From positions 124,001 through 188,000 of the IMG/VR virus record IMGVR_UViG_3300027834_000005: a DNA stretch of 64,000 bases. One strand, given 5' to 3'. Below are positions 1-13,400 of the stretch, one piece after another. Within the stretch, counting starts at the first letter, position 1, and each line of letters starts with the position of its first letter. The notes under the pieces are model-generated. The model saw nothing but the letters and a program-made list of their open reading frames with translations, was not told where the DNA came from and ran no database searches. The position numbers and the translations under genes were made by a program.

Positions 1-664
1 TAAGGATTACATTTCTACCTTCGCCAAATCTCAACTCTTCGGCAAATACAGATTTAATAGGGTTGTCATATTCACCTAAGTCAATAAAACTTCCGCTCTC
101 AGCTGTTATTTTAGAAACGTTACCAGTAGATGATTTGGAGTTTGACAGTACCGTGTTACCGTCTATAGACAAAGCAGGGATACCATCTGGATCAGATACG
201 CCTACTTGACCGGCATATCTGTTCGTGTTCAATGTTAAATGAGTAACGAAAGCTTCATGCCAGTACAATGAATCAGTGCCGATATTCTGTTCTGAATCTC
301 TCGCAGGAACCAGCGACTGCGTAGTTGATTCTTGCGCAACTAAAGTCCATCCGTAAGTAGGACTAGAGACCTCTGAATTATACACTTTAAGTCTTTCTAC
401 GGATGTATCAAACCATAGCTGTCCGGTAACTGGTGTTACTGGTGCCGGTGATGTATCGTCATTGTTATTAAAGTTTACAAAAGGATTACTTTCTGGAGGA
501 AGATCAGACGCGTAATTTTCTGATAACTGAAATAAAGATTGCGCCACAGAGGACCCATAATCTTCGACGTCACGACCTAATAGACTAGTACTATAGATTC
601 TGTTTATTTCAGAATCTTGCACCGGAACAGAAAGTCCGTTAGATTTCTTAAATGTAAGAGACAT
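1..664 (-). CDS. Baseplate/tail-fibre structural protein, N-terminal part only (runs off the left edge; not in the ORF track)
   Basis: ATG at 664, 1 nt after the stop of the upstream gene; my translation is open to the edge: MSLTFKKSNG...LLGRDVEDYGSSVAQSLFQLSENYA...PVTGQLWFDTS. The LxG..YG...ENFA...GQLWxD pattern is typical of fibre N-termini in large myoviruses. Confidence 0.75.
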   Translation of the reverse strand, partial: MSLTFKKSNGLSVPVQDSEINRIYSTSLLGRDVEDYGSSVAQSLFQLSENYASDLPPESNPFVNFNNNDDTSPAPVTPVTGQLWFDTSVERLKVYNSEVSSPTYGWTLVAQESTTQSLVPARDSEQNIGTDSLYWHEAFVTHLTLNTNRYAGQVGVSDPDGIPALSIDGNTVLSNSKSSTGNVSKITAESGSFIDLGEYDNPIKSVFAEELRFGEGRNVIL

Positions 665-665
665 A

Positions 666-1298
666 TTACACTGCCTCCAAATAGATTCTTATAGTGTAGT
701 CAATCTCAAGAATACGATTGTTAGACTTTTGGATAGGATGAAAAATAACATGAGAAATCATCAACGCATCATTAGTGTTGGCCAATGTAGTTGATAGAGG
801 AATATTTGACTCACCTGTATACAAAGCTATCTCATCAAACACCGTGGCGTCATCTAAGTTATTTGCTCTATCAATCGGGTCCTGTAGACTACCAGTATCA
901 TTGAAATCTAAAGTACACGTGATTTTTACATCGGCATACTGCGCATTACTTTGGATAGGAATAACTGTGTTACCAGAATCGGCTCCGGTATTCGTTGAAC
1001 CATTCTCTCCTACTTCTTGGTGGTAAATTTCCGAGTATAATGATGAACTAGGATCTTTTATATTAGTCACATCCGGTTTTCTATATGTAATTTCTCCGTT
1101 TGCAGAGATAGACGTACCGCCATTACCAAATGCCATATATCTAATATGTCCGGTTCCTAGACCAGACAATGCATCAACTACGGACGCCGCGAGGTTACCA
1201 TAATGTATAGCGTTCATTTCGTCACGTATTACTTCTCTAGTAACTTTGTCACGAATGATGACATGCCCTTCAGCACGCATACCAATTCCTTCAATCAT
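666..1298 (-). CDS. Conserved baseplate/fibre-attachment protein
   Basis: Track ORF 666..1343; start moved to ATG 1298 (MIEGIG...), preceded by AGAGGA. Motifs MAFGNGGT, FDEIALY, SHVIFHPIQKS resemble tail-collar/fibre-anchor domains. Confidence 0.65.
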   Translation of the reverse strand: MIEGIGMRAEGHVIIRDKVTREVIRDEMNAIHYGNLAASVVDALSGLGTGHIRYMAFGNGGTSISANGEITYRKPDVTNIKDPSSSLYSEIYHQEVGENGSTNTGADSGNTVIPIQSNAQYADVKITCTLDFNDTGSLQDPIDRANNLDDATVFDEIALYTGESNIPLSTTLANTNDALMISHVIFHPIQKSNNRILEIDYTIRIYLEAV

Positions 1299-1299
1299 T

Positions 1300-1428
1300 T
1301 TATCCTCTCTTATCAAGCAAAGTCTTGCCTGATTCTTTGTCAATTATCTTGATGTGATCTTCTGCACTGAGGATGATGCCATCTCTGACACCATCATCTT
1401 TATCTTTTACTTCGTCTGTTTCTTTCAT
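1300..1428 (-). CDS. 42-aa microprotein (not in the ORF track)
   Basis: MKETDEVKDKDDGVRDGIILSAEDHIKIIDKESGKTLLDKRG*; sits directly behind a late promoter, fills the intergenic gap, and resembles the N-terminus of the next gene. Confidence 0.65.
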   Translation of the reverse strand: MKETDEVKDKDDGVRDGIILSAEDHIKIIDKESGKTLLDKRG

Positions 1429-1433
1429 ATCAC

Positions 1434-1441
1434 TATTTATC
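1434..1441 (-). promoter_or_regulatory. gp55-type late promoter GATAAATA
   Basis: TATTTATC on + strand; 5 nt before ATG 1428. Confidence 0.7.
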
Positions 1442-1460
1442 ACTAAATATTATATCCGTA

Positions 1461-4400
1461 TTAATTGTGCGGTGGCGTAGGTGTTACCGCCACTGGTAAG
1501 AATGGCACCTCTGAGTTAGAGTACACATACGTCCCTAATGGATAGTCTTCCAATAGGTTACCGTTAACAGATCCTTCAACATCTAATGTAGTACCGGCAG
1601 ACATTCTGGTCACGCCAGTCAATGTATTACCAACCTTGCCCGTGTAGATAACTCTCTCCGCGCCAACCCAAATAATACTTGGATTATCAACAGTCGCATC
1701 AACGAATAAAGATCCGTCTGTAACGTTCACATTAGAATCACCGTAAGCAAAGATACTAGAAAGTGTAGTTCTCGAAGTTAAGCTATGTAGCGTCTGGATG
1801 TTCTTCTCACTAACGAAGATTCTACAATCGTCGGAACTAACACCAGAACTTTTATCCGTGTAGCTAATAACTACCGCATCAGAAGATTTATACAAAGCCA
1901 TTTCGTCAGTTACGCCAGCATCAACATTGGAAGGTAAGAACGCTCCGCCGTCAATTGTTTGCTTACTGATATCATTACTGAATACATCGTCTCTCTTAGT
2001 AAAAGAAATCTTAACAATCTCATCGAGTAACGGAGCAACACTAAAGCTTATAACAACATCTCTTCCACTTTCGGCAACCGTGTAGTTAGTAACTATCACG
2101 CCATCGACGGTAACCTCACCAACGTAATCAGAGTTATGAACAGTAAAATCTGTATCCACACCATTAGCTGTTACGCTAACGTCATGTAATCTTTTATGCT
2201 GAATTACAATCTCATCATCAATCGCCGGAGCAGTAACAAAGGTAACGTCCGTAGTAGACACATTAAGTGTGTCTGAGTAGCCTGAGCTAACATACATAGG
2301 AACACCCGCGACTGTAACGCCGGTAACTTGAGATCTATACGGAATAGAATAAATCACTGTAGACGCATCACCTTGGTCAACTAAAGCCCTGAAGTATTTT
2401 TCATACACCACTTCTAAACTATCATTTACGCTTAACACAGAACTGAACGTTACTAATGTTGTTCCTTCTGCTACGTTCTGAGAAATAACATATACGTTTT
2501 CATCCGCTGCATCGCCATTTAAAATAACAGATTCGATCTTAACTAATCTATCAATAATAAATTCTGACGTTGCGCCATTAGGGTAGAACGTAGTATTGTA
2601 ATAATCACCGCTATCTACAGTAATAAAAGGCATTCTGATGTCAGAATTCCAACCTGTGCTATCCCAAGAAGTACTATCCCATCTAGCAGTATTTCTATAC
2701 GTGAAGTCTTGCGCGTCAATGACACTTCCTTGATAAGAACAATTGAACCATTCAGAATATGTATTCTTGAATGAATCCAAAGTTTGCTGTTCGCCCAAAG
2801 TAACTTTCACATTATCTTTCAACTCTGTATAGTACGAATATTTGATAGCGCCAGATCCGTCACCAGTCGAAGCTTTACCATTAATGGTAGCCAAACTGTT
2901 GTCATCCTGTAACTGCAAATATCTGTTAGCTGCACCACTATACACAATGAATCTACCTTTACGGATATCATTAGGTACGCCTTTACTACCTTCCGCAGTA
3001 GCACTGAAGTTCCATTTGAAAGAATCCCATGGCTGCGTAGTTCCGGCATTCCATCCTGCTTGTTCAGGCTGTAAGATAGGTGGTATTAAAGCCAAAGCCT
3101 CATCACCCCAATCATACGAACCCCAGAATCCAAAACCCCATCCTGATTTCAAGTTACCATGCGCATCAAGGAAAATATCATACTCGACTAATTTAAAATC
3201 TAATACGTTATCGTTACCGTCAATATCTGACAGCTGACCTCTATATCCATGGTAAGAAAGTCTCATTTCTTCCATATCAGTATGCGTAAATCTAATGTGA
3301 CCTTCAGGAATTAACTTGGCACCAACTGGCGGAGCAACAACGTCATCAACTATGGTAGCTTCAACCCAATGAGAGTACGTTGCATTTTCCTCAACAGTAT
3401 AATGCTGATCGATTAACAATGTGTCAGTATCCATCATTTCGTCACCTAAGTTTCCAGTGTACGTAGTGTCGTAGGATAATTTGCTAAGCTGCGGCATTGT
3501 TTTGAAAATGAACTTCTTAGTCACGCCATCGCCTATTGCATATTCCCTAACGAACACATAATCGCCTTCAGATAGAGGACTATTAAATGTTATGTCTAGT
3601 AATCCGGTTTCGCTCGACACGTACGTATAATCACCGGCATCAATCTCTACGTTATTTACGAACACGTCGAAATAGAACGGAGTAATACCGAATCTTATAG
3701 TAGTAGTTTCTGCCGCTGCAAACTTTTCTTGTCCGCCAGTCTCAACTTGCATTCTCTTATCCATGAATGAACATTGAACAGAGTCATATACTGGATTAAC
3801 ACGTATAGATCTTGGCACTTCAAACGGATCAAATACCGGATCTACTACTGGGATAGTTCTGCCTTCTTCGTCAGTGGTGTACGCTAATGAATCGAAATCA
3901 TTTGCTACCATCAATGAAGGGTCAATAAAATTATCATAACGAGTAGAGAACTCTCTAATCTTAGTTTGATAAGGCTTAACTTCAAGTAAGTAATCCAAGT
4001 ACCCATCTAAGTCGTCAGCGTCGTAAAACTTAGGCTGAGATAGAAGAGGCTTGTTTTCTTCAACCACATCGATATACGTAGTCTTGAAGAACCAATCTAC
4101 ATTAGTTTGCTCAAACGCCACGTACTTAACCATGGAAAAGAAGAATTCGACCTTCTCATCTCCATGATTACCAACTGACAAGTTAATGAAAACTTCTTCA
4201 CTAAGAAGATCAAGTATATATCTTACGTCGTCATCCAATTCTTTAGATATTCTTGACTCGTAAATATTATCGTTGATCATAATAGCAGTACTCTCACGTC
4301 TAACTAGGACAGTAGCAGTGTTGCTTTCTTGGTCATATAAGTAGTACGCAGAGTTATCTAATACGTATACTTGAACTATGTCGCCGTCTTCCAAGATCTT

Positions 4401-7400
4401 CGCTTGCTCAGCATCAATGCTTGGTGGCGGAGGCACTATACGTCCTCCAACTTGGTCATAATTAACGACTAACTTAGGTTCTGTGTTGTCTTTTGAGTAA
4501 CCTACCGCGTACCAATCAGTCCAACTCCAATAAGGGTTGTCTATGATCATGTCACCAGCTAACCAAGAATCAACGTCTCTAATTCTTATGTTGACTAGAA
4601 GGCTATTAAGGGACTGAGCCATAACTTTTCTTGCAGAAAACACATCCTTGATCATGGTTTGACGAGGAACGTCACTAACACCTAACATATTATAGTCAGA
4701 TAGTAATGGCGAAGGAACAATATTCCCATCAACGTCATATTTCGATAACGAATCAATTAATTTTTCCCATAATTGATCTGGAACAATTTCGTCAGGTTTA
4801 CCTTCCGCAATTAATTTCCATTCGACATGCTTGCTATTCTCTGTCTTAGAGTTTCTGTAGTTAATCTGGAAGATATTTTCATCTTCAGACAACGTATCAT
4901 TAATGTTATTAAACACAAATGATTCTTGAGATATAAAGGAGTACCAAGCGTACCCTTGTACTCTAGGATTAATTATCAAGTTAGCAGTGCTCATCGAAGA
5001 AAGAGATCTACTTGCGATATTAGAAGGTCTAACAGTACGATCTTTAACCCAGAAATAATATTTCTCAACATATGTTTCTGTCTTGAAATCATACGCGTCT
5101 CTTATTACGTATTCATCTACGTTCTTAGGAGTTCCATCCTGATCATAATCAGCAGGCACAGTAGGACTTTCTACCCATTCGTAAACATCCACAGAAGATT
5201 CTGGGAATAATCTTCCCCAGTTTGTCACTCTGTAGTTTTCATCGCCTTGTTCATAATGAACGTACTTAGCCGTGCTAGTATCCCACCATAATTGACCAAC
5301 ATTATCTTTACTAAATGACAATGAATCATTAGTCATACTGTTAGAACCGGCTACAGAATATCTGCTTGGGTCACTATCGTTAATATAGGTTATATTCCTA
5401 TCTGCCAATGTAGGTATGAATCCTTTTATAGGATCATACACTGGCGACTTGGACAACGTTCTGTCACTACTACCTTCGTACACTGATAGATTACCCATTA
5501 AGCTAGAATCGATTAACGCTCCGCCTTGACGAGATACGCCATTAACTAAATTCTTAAAGCTCCAAGTATTACTAACCTCAGAATCTTTATCGATCCAACG
5601 TTTAACGTAGTTTACTCCATCGGGTCTGTTATTCCATTCATCGATAGATTCAAATCTAGATTCAACGAAGAATAAATTCTCAGTCTTACTTAGATCAATA
5701 TCATATTCTACCTTCTCCGACACTACAGAACCGTCAGGATTAATACCAATAACGTCTACTTTATCAACGTCAAATGCATTAACTGTGAACACAGTAAGTT
5801 GCGTAGGGTCGTCTTTAGGAGTGATGATAGAAAAATTAGTATGTGCTGCATCCGGTGCGATATCCGCCTCGAAAACAATCTTCTGGTTTTCACCAACTAA
5901 CTTAAATTTCTCAGACACTGAAGACTTAGAAACTCCGCCAATACTCTGCCAAATCTCCAACTGAATATACGGTTGCTCAACCCAACCTTCATAATCGCCA
6001 CTAGGCAAGAAGTCAGATGCTGGTAGTTGAGATAAATCAACTGTTATTCTCATTCTACTGTTGTTAAAACCGTTATCAGTAGCGTTTTTAGAGGTATAAT
6101 AAATCGCTGTGGAAGCAGTACCCGCGTTAAGTTCGACCACGTTGTTAGGTCTCTTAACAGAAAGAGAATCTGCTGGCCAAACATCAAAGTAATCTGGATC
6201 ATATGGATCAGGCGTTACGTCAATTCCGTTAACAAGAACATTCCCGTCTACATCTTGAACATTTAATATTTCGCCTATCTTCGTAGCGTTAGCTGGAGTA
6301 TAGTCATAATATTTTCCGTCAGCAGTCAATCTACCGCCTAACGAATTATTCGAGATATCAGTTTCTAATAAATTGTATGTGCTCCAATCAAAACGATCAC
6401 TAGTGCCTTCCAATTCAGCAATCCAAACTGTTTTATCCTTAACGTCATCGGAGTATGTTTCTATAGCCGTGCCGACATTAGATAATAAGAAAGATGTTAT
6501 TTCTGCGTCGTCCAAATGAACATACCCAGCATTCTTAGTTGTAGAATCTTTAGGAAGTTCATTTATGGTAGGAAGCAACTTATCGTTTCCATTAAGTCTA
6601 TTAACTGACAGCCATTTATCACTATCGTCAATATCTATAACGATAGCATCGCTACCGTTGTTATCTTCTGTGATGAAATTACTTATGATAGTATTCCCTA
6701 CGTCAGTGGTAGCTTCATGATTGATATCTACCTTATCGAACGCAGTGAATCCGTTGCCAGCTTCAGCTTCTGAACTTGTGAAATACGCATCGTTACTTGG
6801 AATATCATACAATACTAATTCAGGTGCCTCAGAGTAAACTCCAGACTGACTAGTAACGACAATCTCAGAAATCCTTCCGTTATCATCAAGCGTAATTGTA
6901 GCTTCAGTATCGTCAAATAATCTAAACGCAGATGTACTATCCACTGACGAATCATAAGTTCCGTCCCAGAATCTAACTACCGGCACATTAACGTATACGT
7001 GATTACAATCGACAAGGTACACACGTCTTATCTCGCCAGTGTTCGAAGGCATACTAGGATAAACCAAGTTTACCATTTGCGGATTTGCAACGACATCATC
7101 GCCTCTAATTTTAAGTTCTAGGGATCTACTGTTAAGAACATCACCTAGCTCTCCCATTTTTAAAGCCCACATTTCATATACGTTAACGTCTCCGTTAGCG
7201 GACACAGAATCAGCTCTTGCGATTGCATCTAGTGGTCTATATGTTCCTTTCTCAGGAAGCATACCTTTATATAATTGATACTGAATATCGTCAAACATTC
7301 TAAGTCTACTTAAGTAGTCTCTATGTTCGAATCCAATAAGATGCTTTGCCGCGTCTTCAATGTTTTGGTTATCTAATGTTTTTGTAGCGTCATAGTAATA

Positions 7401-10400
7401 ACGTGATTCTTCAACAAGATTATCAAAGTTAGGTTTAATAGTGTCACCGTCAATAATATAACCGTCAGCCTCGTACTTACCAAACCAGTTAGACGTTCTT
7501 TGTCCTCTAACTTCTAATCTTTCCACGCGAATACCTAACAGAGGATCATACAATCTATCATTGAACTCAGTCGTATTATCAAACACGATAACATGTTCTG
7601 TCTCTTTAGAATTCACTGCCAAGAAATATATACCAGCATTACCATTAACGTTAGCCACGGAAATAGTCTGGTCTTCTCTGTTAACGAATGCATTGTCCAT
7701 GTTGTAGGGAACACCATCTACGGACAGAACATTACCTGCCCCTTTATTGGCCTCTCTCACATCTGCAGGATATCCATCGGTTACCGTTAGGTTCAATTTC
7801 TCAGACCCAGCGCTAACTTGTAATGTATTTCCTACCGCCCATGAATTAGTCAACCAGAAAATTGTAGATTCAGCAGACTCAAACCAATCTTGCACTTTAC
7901 CAGTACTAGAATCTACATTATCGAAATTCCATCCATCAACTGCCAACCAGTCTCCATATCCTATAAGGAAATCAAAAAGACTTTGCTTATCTGGGAACGT
8001 CGTATTATATTCTATGATAATTTCTTTATTTACATCATATTCTTTAACATAAGAAATGCTGTCTCCGCCAACTGTAGGCAGATCTGCAAGCTTAGTCCAT
8101 GAACCACTATCGAAATCACTAACTACCTGATCAATTTTTGACTGATAGAAAACGCCGTTATACTTAACATATGAACCGCCAGAGTATGTACCATCGTTTT
8201 TAAAATTCCTGAATGTAGCTGGTTTACCACCAACGTTTACTTGTCTAGCTCTTCCAGTATCTGATCTTCCGTAATATCTAAATTCAGGTATTCTGCGGTC
8301 ATACCCCATAACCTGATAACCATCTTCAGCTATGCGAACCATAACACCACTGTACCTATGGAATTCAACTACTTCACCAGTATGGATTTTTATCTCATAA
8401 TTTTCTCTAGGAACCACCAAGTTTGTATTCGTAGAATCGAATGCGCTACCTTCAAGTAATACTTTAAATGTATCTGCGTTAGTGTATCCAGCCAATCTAT
8501 GCGCCAGTTTAACCGTAGAACCATTTATGATATCTTGGAATTCAGTCTTTGGATTTTTCCCTAAGAATTTAATACGGTCATACACGTATCTCTGGTAACC
8601 GCACAACGCAGTACCTTCCACTTGATGAACTTCTAATGTACTATTATTCCTTCTTTTCAGCTCTGGATAATCCACGACTTGATTAGGAGAAATAGGCGCT
8701 TGTATAACTTTAGATCTATCCCACCAGAATTCACAGAATCTGTTTGGAGACATTAAGAAAATCTTATTAACTAAACTAAAGTTGAAACTTGAAGACACTC
8801 TCCAAGAATATTCAGTAGGACCGAAGTCACCAAATTTCCATTCGTAGCCTTTCTCTAAGTCAGTAGGTTCAACAATACCCACATCTATTACATGTGGGGC
8901 CAATAGGTCACCCATAGAGTCCACAGGCAGTATTAACAATCCACTCGTACCAAGCATATGCGGACGTTTAAATTCATCGTATACGCCTTGTCTGTCGCCC
9001 ATAAGAACAACGCCATCTATTATGTCTCTCCACATACTATCATTAGCGCTAGTGTATGGTTCATTGCCATATTCGCCAACCCACCAATCAGGCATAGAAG
9101 TAAATCCTAACATCTCCCATGGTGTTTCATTAGGTGATACCGTGTCGTATAAATACGTGTATATACCTTTCCAGCTACCGGCGAAACTAGGATTAGCTGC
9201 GCTATAATTCCACGTCTTCCAATCTGCTAAGTCAAGTGTATCGTTAGTTTGATAATTAGCACCAGTACTGTGGTTCCATTCCAAGAAATCTCTAATTATA
9301 ATGTTATTAAATTCTTCTAAAGAATAGTCAACTTTCCTGTCATTGCCTTCTATGAATTGATATTCGTTAATCAATTTATCGTAAGAATCAACGAACTGCT
9401 GCGTGATATTGTTATAGATTCTATTTTCCATCTCAAGAAGCATTTTATCACGTAAATCTAAGCTATCTTCGCCCATATTATTATGCGTTAGTATGTCCGC
9501 TTCACTAGTGTAACAAGGAGTCTTAGCACCGTCATGACCGATGATAACCCACGTAGGAGTAGCGTAGCTATTATCTACTTTAATTTCAGGTTTGTGCGTT
9601 TGCATCATTCCGCATTTAGCAGGAGTAGATGGGATTTTAGCAGACTCAATATTACTATAAATTCTAACTCTAATAGTAGATCCGAATGTCGTTCCTTTAA
9701 GCATAATTATGACATTATTTTCCCCGTACACATAATCTTCTTCTAATCTCAATAACACAGAAGTTTCAGTAGGTAAATTATGATCAGTGACTTCGTATAC
9801 CAATGTAAGTACGTCCTCGGAATTCACATCATTAGCGTTCTCGATTGTGTGCTGTTCCGTAGAATCAACTATGAACACTTCGTCCACGTAGCTAGATCCC
9901 CATGGAAGAACTTTACCACCAACAAAAGCGCCATTATATTCTATTGAAGAAGACACACGCGTGATTACTTCATCGAACTGCTGTTCAATTAAAGAAACAT
10001 TCTGGAATGAAGCGGTAGGATACCATCCTTCACGGATCATCTGTCTTGATGTTGCTACTATCTTATCTTTATATCTGGTATATTCAGAAGCACTAAATTC
10101 TACAGCTCTCAAGATATCTAAATGGTCCTCTGAAGTACTTATCATGGCCTTCAATAATGGAGCACTAGTCTGTATAATCTTATCCCCAAGACTCACATCC
10201 TTATCAGTATCTCGATAGTTATTACGAGAACCTAAAGCAGTGCCAATAAATCCACTTTGATTAGAAATAATAGATGAAAAATGAGGGATAAGATCGCTCA
10301 TAGTAACGTCTGTAATTTCGTCATTGGAAGGATTATCTTCTAATTGAGCTGGCACTTCGTAATACCCAGCACTACTTTCATCTAAAGTTTCTTCACTATA

Positions 10401-13400
10401 AGTTTTATATTCAAATACGTCATAATCAGAAAGATCGTTATTTTTTACATAGTAAACTACTTCTTGAGTGTTATTGTCGAAGTAAAAATCCCACACGATA
10501 TCTTCTATGACATCACCAGAATCAATTTCTCTACCTTGCCCAATAGCGTTACCGTTTCTAAACCCAAGAATATCATATTCAGCCGAACCTGTTTGTACAG
10601 GATAAACGGACAATGGAATTCTCAATTCATCAATGGAGTTTATGTATTGATTTTGAACAACTGAGTAACGACCATCTACATATACCGCTCTATCGATAAC
10701 TCTAAGTTTAGTTTTCTCATCATTTCTAGCCCAAGTATAATCAAACTCCACAACGCGACTAGAGGTAGTCTGTCTGAAATAGTAGTATCCTGGAATCTCA
10801 ACGTCCGTCTTATTCACAGAGTACGAATACCTAACAGTTTCCAAGTCATGTTCGAATACGATTTCAGAATTCTGATTTCTATTTCTGTACTCTAATTGCA
10901 TATTCAAATATGGATCTACGATTCCACTTGTCTCGTCTATCTTATACGAGAATATTTCAGAACCAGTGAACGTATTATCTGGGAATTCGTCATCGTTACC
11001 TATCGTGATAGGCAACCCATCACTACCAAGTTCAGAGAAATACAACTGGAACTTAGGAGGGGTATTTATAGATGTGCCTCTACTGTTATCTGAGCTGGCA
11101 TCAGTGGAATCTAATTCCTGTTCCCACTTTCTACTATCAAAGTAAAAGCTTTTGCCATCATAAGGCGCACCGGCATTTTTAACAACTACTGCGTCTCCGT
11201 GTATTGCGAAATCGGTATCGTTTTCGTATGGCAGTAATAACCACTGCGTTCCATAATTAGGAATATTAACAAAGTTACTAGTGGTACGCTTAGATGCCTT
11301 CCACACGTATTCTGCAGAACCAATACTTCCAACTAACACTTCTCTAACATGCAAATTCATGATGTCGTCTAATGAGTCTGGCAATGCTGACAGAGTTATT
11401 GTCACTGTCTCACCGGAATAACTAACACTATCAACTATAGTGTTATTGAATTGTACGTTCTCATTGTTACTATCAGTGATCTTTATTGAAACAATATGAT
11501 CTTCAGTTACATTATCTATGCCGGTGTTTATATTATAGGTTAAAGCTCCATTAGTAAGAACTGCATGGTTAACAACATTAGCATTAACATATATGTCCAC
11601 AAGGTCCATATTCTGTTCTGCCATATTATTACCATCGATTAGACCGTCAGTTCCATCTTTAACTTTAGCCGTTACAACGCCCACTACGCTCGCGTAGAAG
11701 ACGACAGTGAATTCCTTAGTAAGGGCAACACTAGTCCATAAGAACTCAGACTCGTCTATTATAACACCGTCAACGTACACTTTAACGTAGTTAGGGTCTT
11801 CGATATCGGTCATAGTAGCTTGATATTCAAGAGGGTTAGCCTGTTGAACCATTGCTAATTCTTCTTCAATATGGTCTTGAACGTCAACAGTGTATGTTAC
11901 ATCGTTTAAGTTAGGACTAAGTTCGTACCAATCAGGATTAATAATGTCATTTTTACCTAGAACTACGTGGAATTCTACTTCTACGAAAGTATCAGGCGCG
12001 ACATCAAAGTCTATGGTAATGCTACCAGAAATAGTTACGGCTGCGGTGTATGAATCTTTTGACACAATACCGTTTGTGTCAAATACTTCGTATACGAAAA
12101 TTCTTTCATCAGAGAAGTTAGTATTAGCATTAGATAACACATCTGTTGCTAGTACAGTATACTCTAAAGCGCCAGTCTGAGTAGCAGCGACGTTGTTATT
12201 TACGCTGTATGGGTCGCCTGTAAGAGGAGAAGCATTAACTACATCGAGTGTATCTGAGAATGATGTGTTAGTGAAGTTGACGCCAAGACCAGTTGCTACT
12301 GATGCGAAATAAACTAAAGGTAAAGTCGTGCTTCTTCTAACCACTGAAAAAACGTTATCTTTCGCTTCCGAGAAAGGCTGCATAACAGTAAATACGTACG
12401 GTGTGGTTCTCGCCTTATACTGTTCTAGAGTATCTCTTTCTATAGGCACACTGTCGCCTAGGAACACAATCCTATCGTCTTCACTTAAAGGAAAACTAAC
12501 ATTAGTCACGTCGCCATCAGGAGTGATTATGATATCGCCATCTTTACCGTCAATAGTGGTAGGAGAATCAATAGTTGCGAATTCAATGTCCTTATGTGCT
12601 TCTGTTCCGTACCCGTATAATTCCAAATCTTTATCAAAAGATAATATAGGACGTCTCGCTTGCTGGGCATTAATAGAAAGATCCAAACCGTTCTGTGCTG
12701 ACATAGCAGACAGTGTACTTTTATGGAACCAGAAATTATTAGCAGACCAGTCGTTGTTGTTTCTCGCGCCAAAATCAACAGTAGTATAATCTGGGTTAGT
12801 ATCCAAATAAGGTCTAGCATTCCCAGACTTATCATCCGCATATCTCAAATGTAGTTCTATGCCGAACTCACTACCTACGCCGGTAACTTGATATGAATCG
12901 TTATATGATGCTGAGTCTTCAAATCTAACAATAACGTCACTAGTGAATACGAAACCATCGGTAGTGGTATAGCCCTCATTACCAATTATATTTGCTTCTA
13001 TCTCGCTATCGTCTACGTCAGAGATAACAACTTCTTGACCAGTGAAATCTGTCTTCCATAAGTACGAAGAATAGTTAGTGTACTTATCTATGTCTATTGG
13101 TGGCGCAAAAGAATATTGCTCAGACCTAAATAGTCTGTCATGATTCCCAGTATTACCACCTTCATTTTCGATATAGTTCAGTAAGTCTTGAAGAAATACT
13201 TCATTACTTCCTACGCCAGTAGTACTTTCAGAAAGAGCAATCGGCTCAAGCTGATTCCACGTCCTTTCTTTGCTTGGTTCAGGCACATAGAAGTCTTTCA
13301 GTGGATCATAAGACCCACCTTCTCTTCTACCTATGTACCCATTTATAGATTCTTTTTCTACTGAAGAAAAAACTTGCTCGAACGTAGAGTCGAAAAACTT

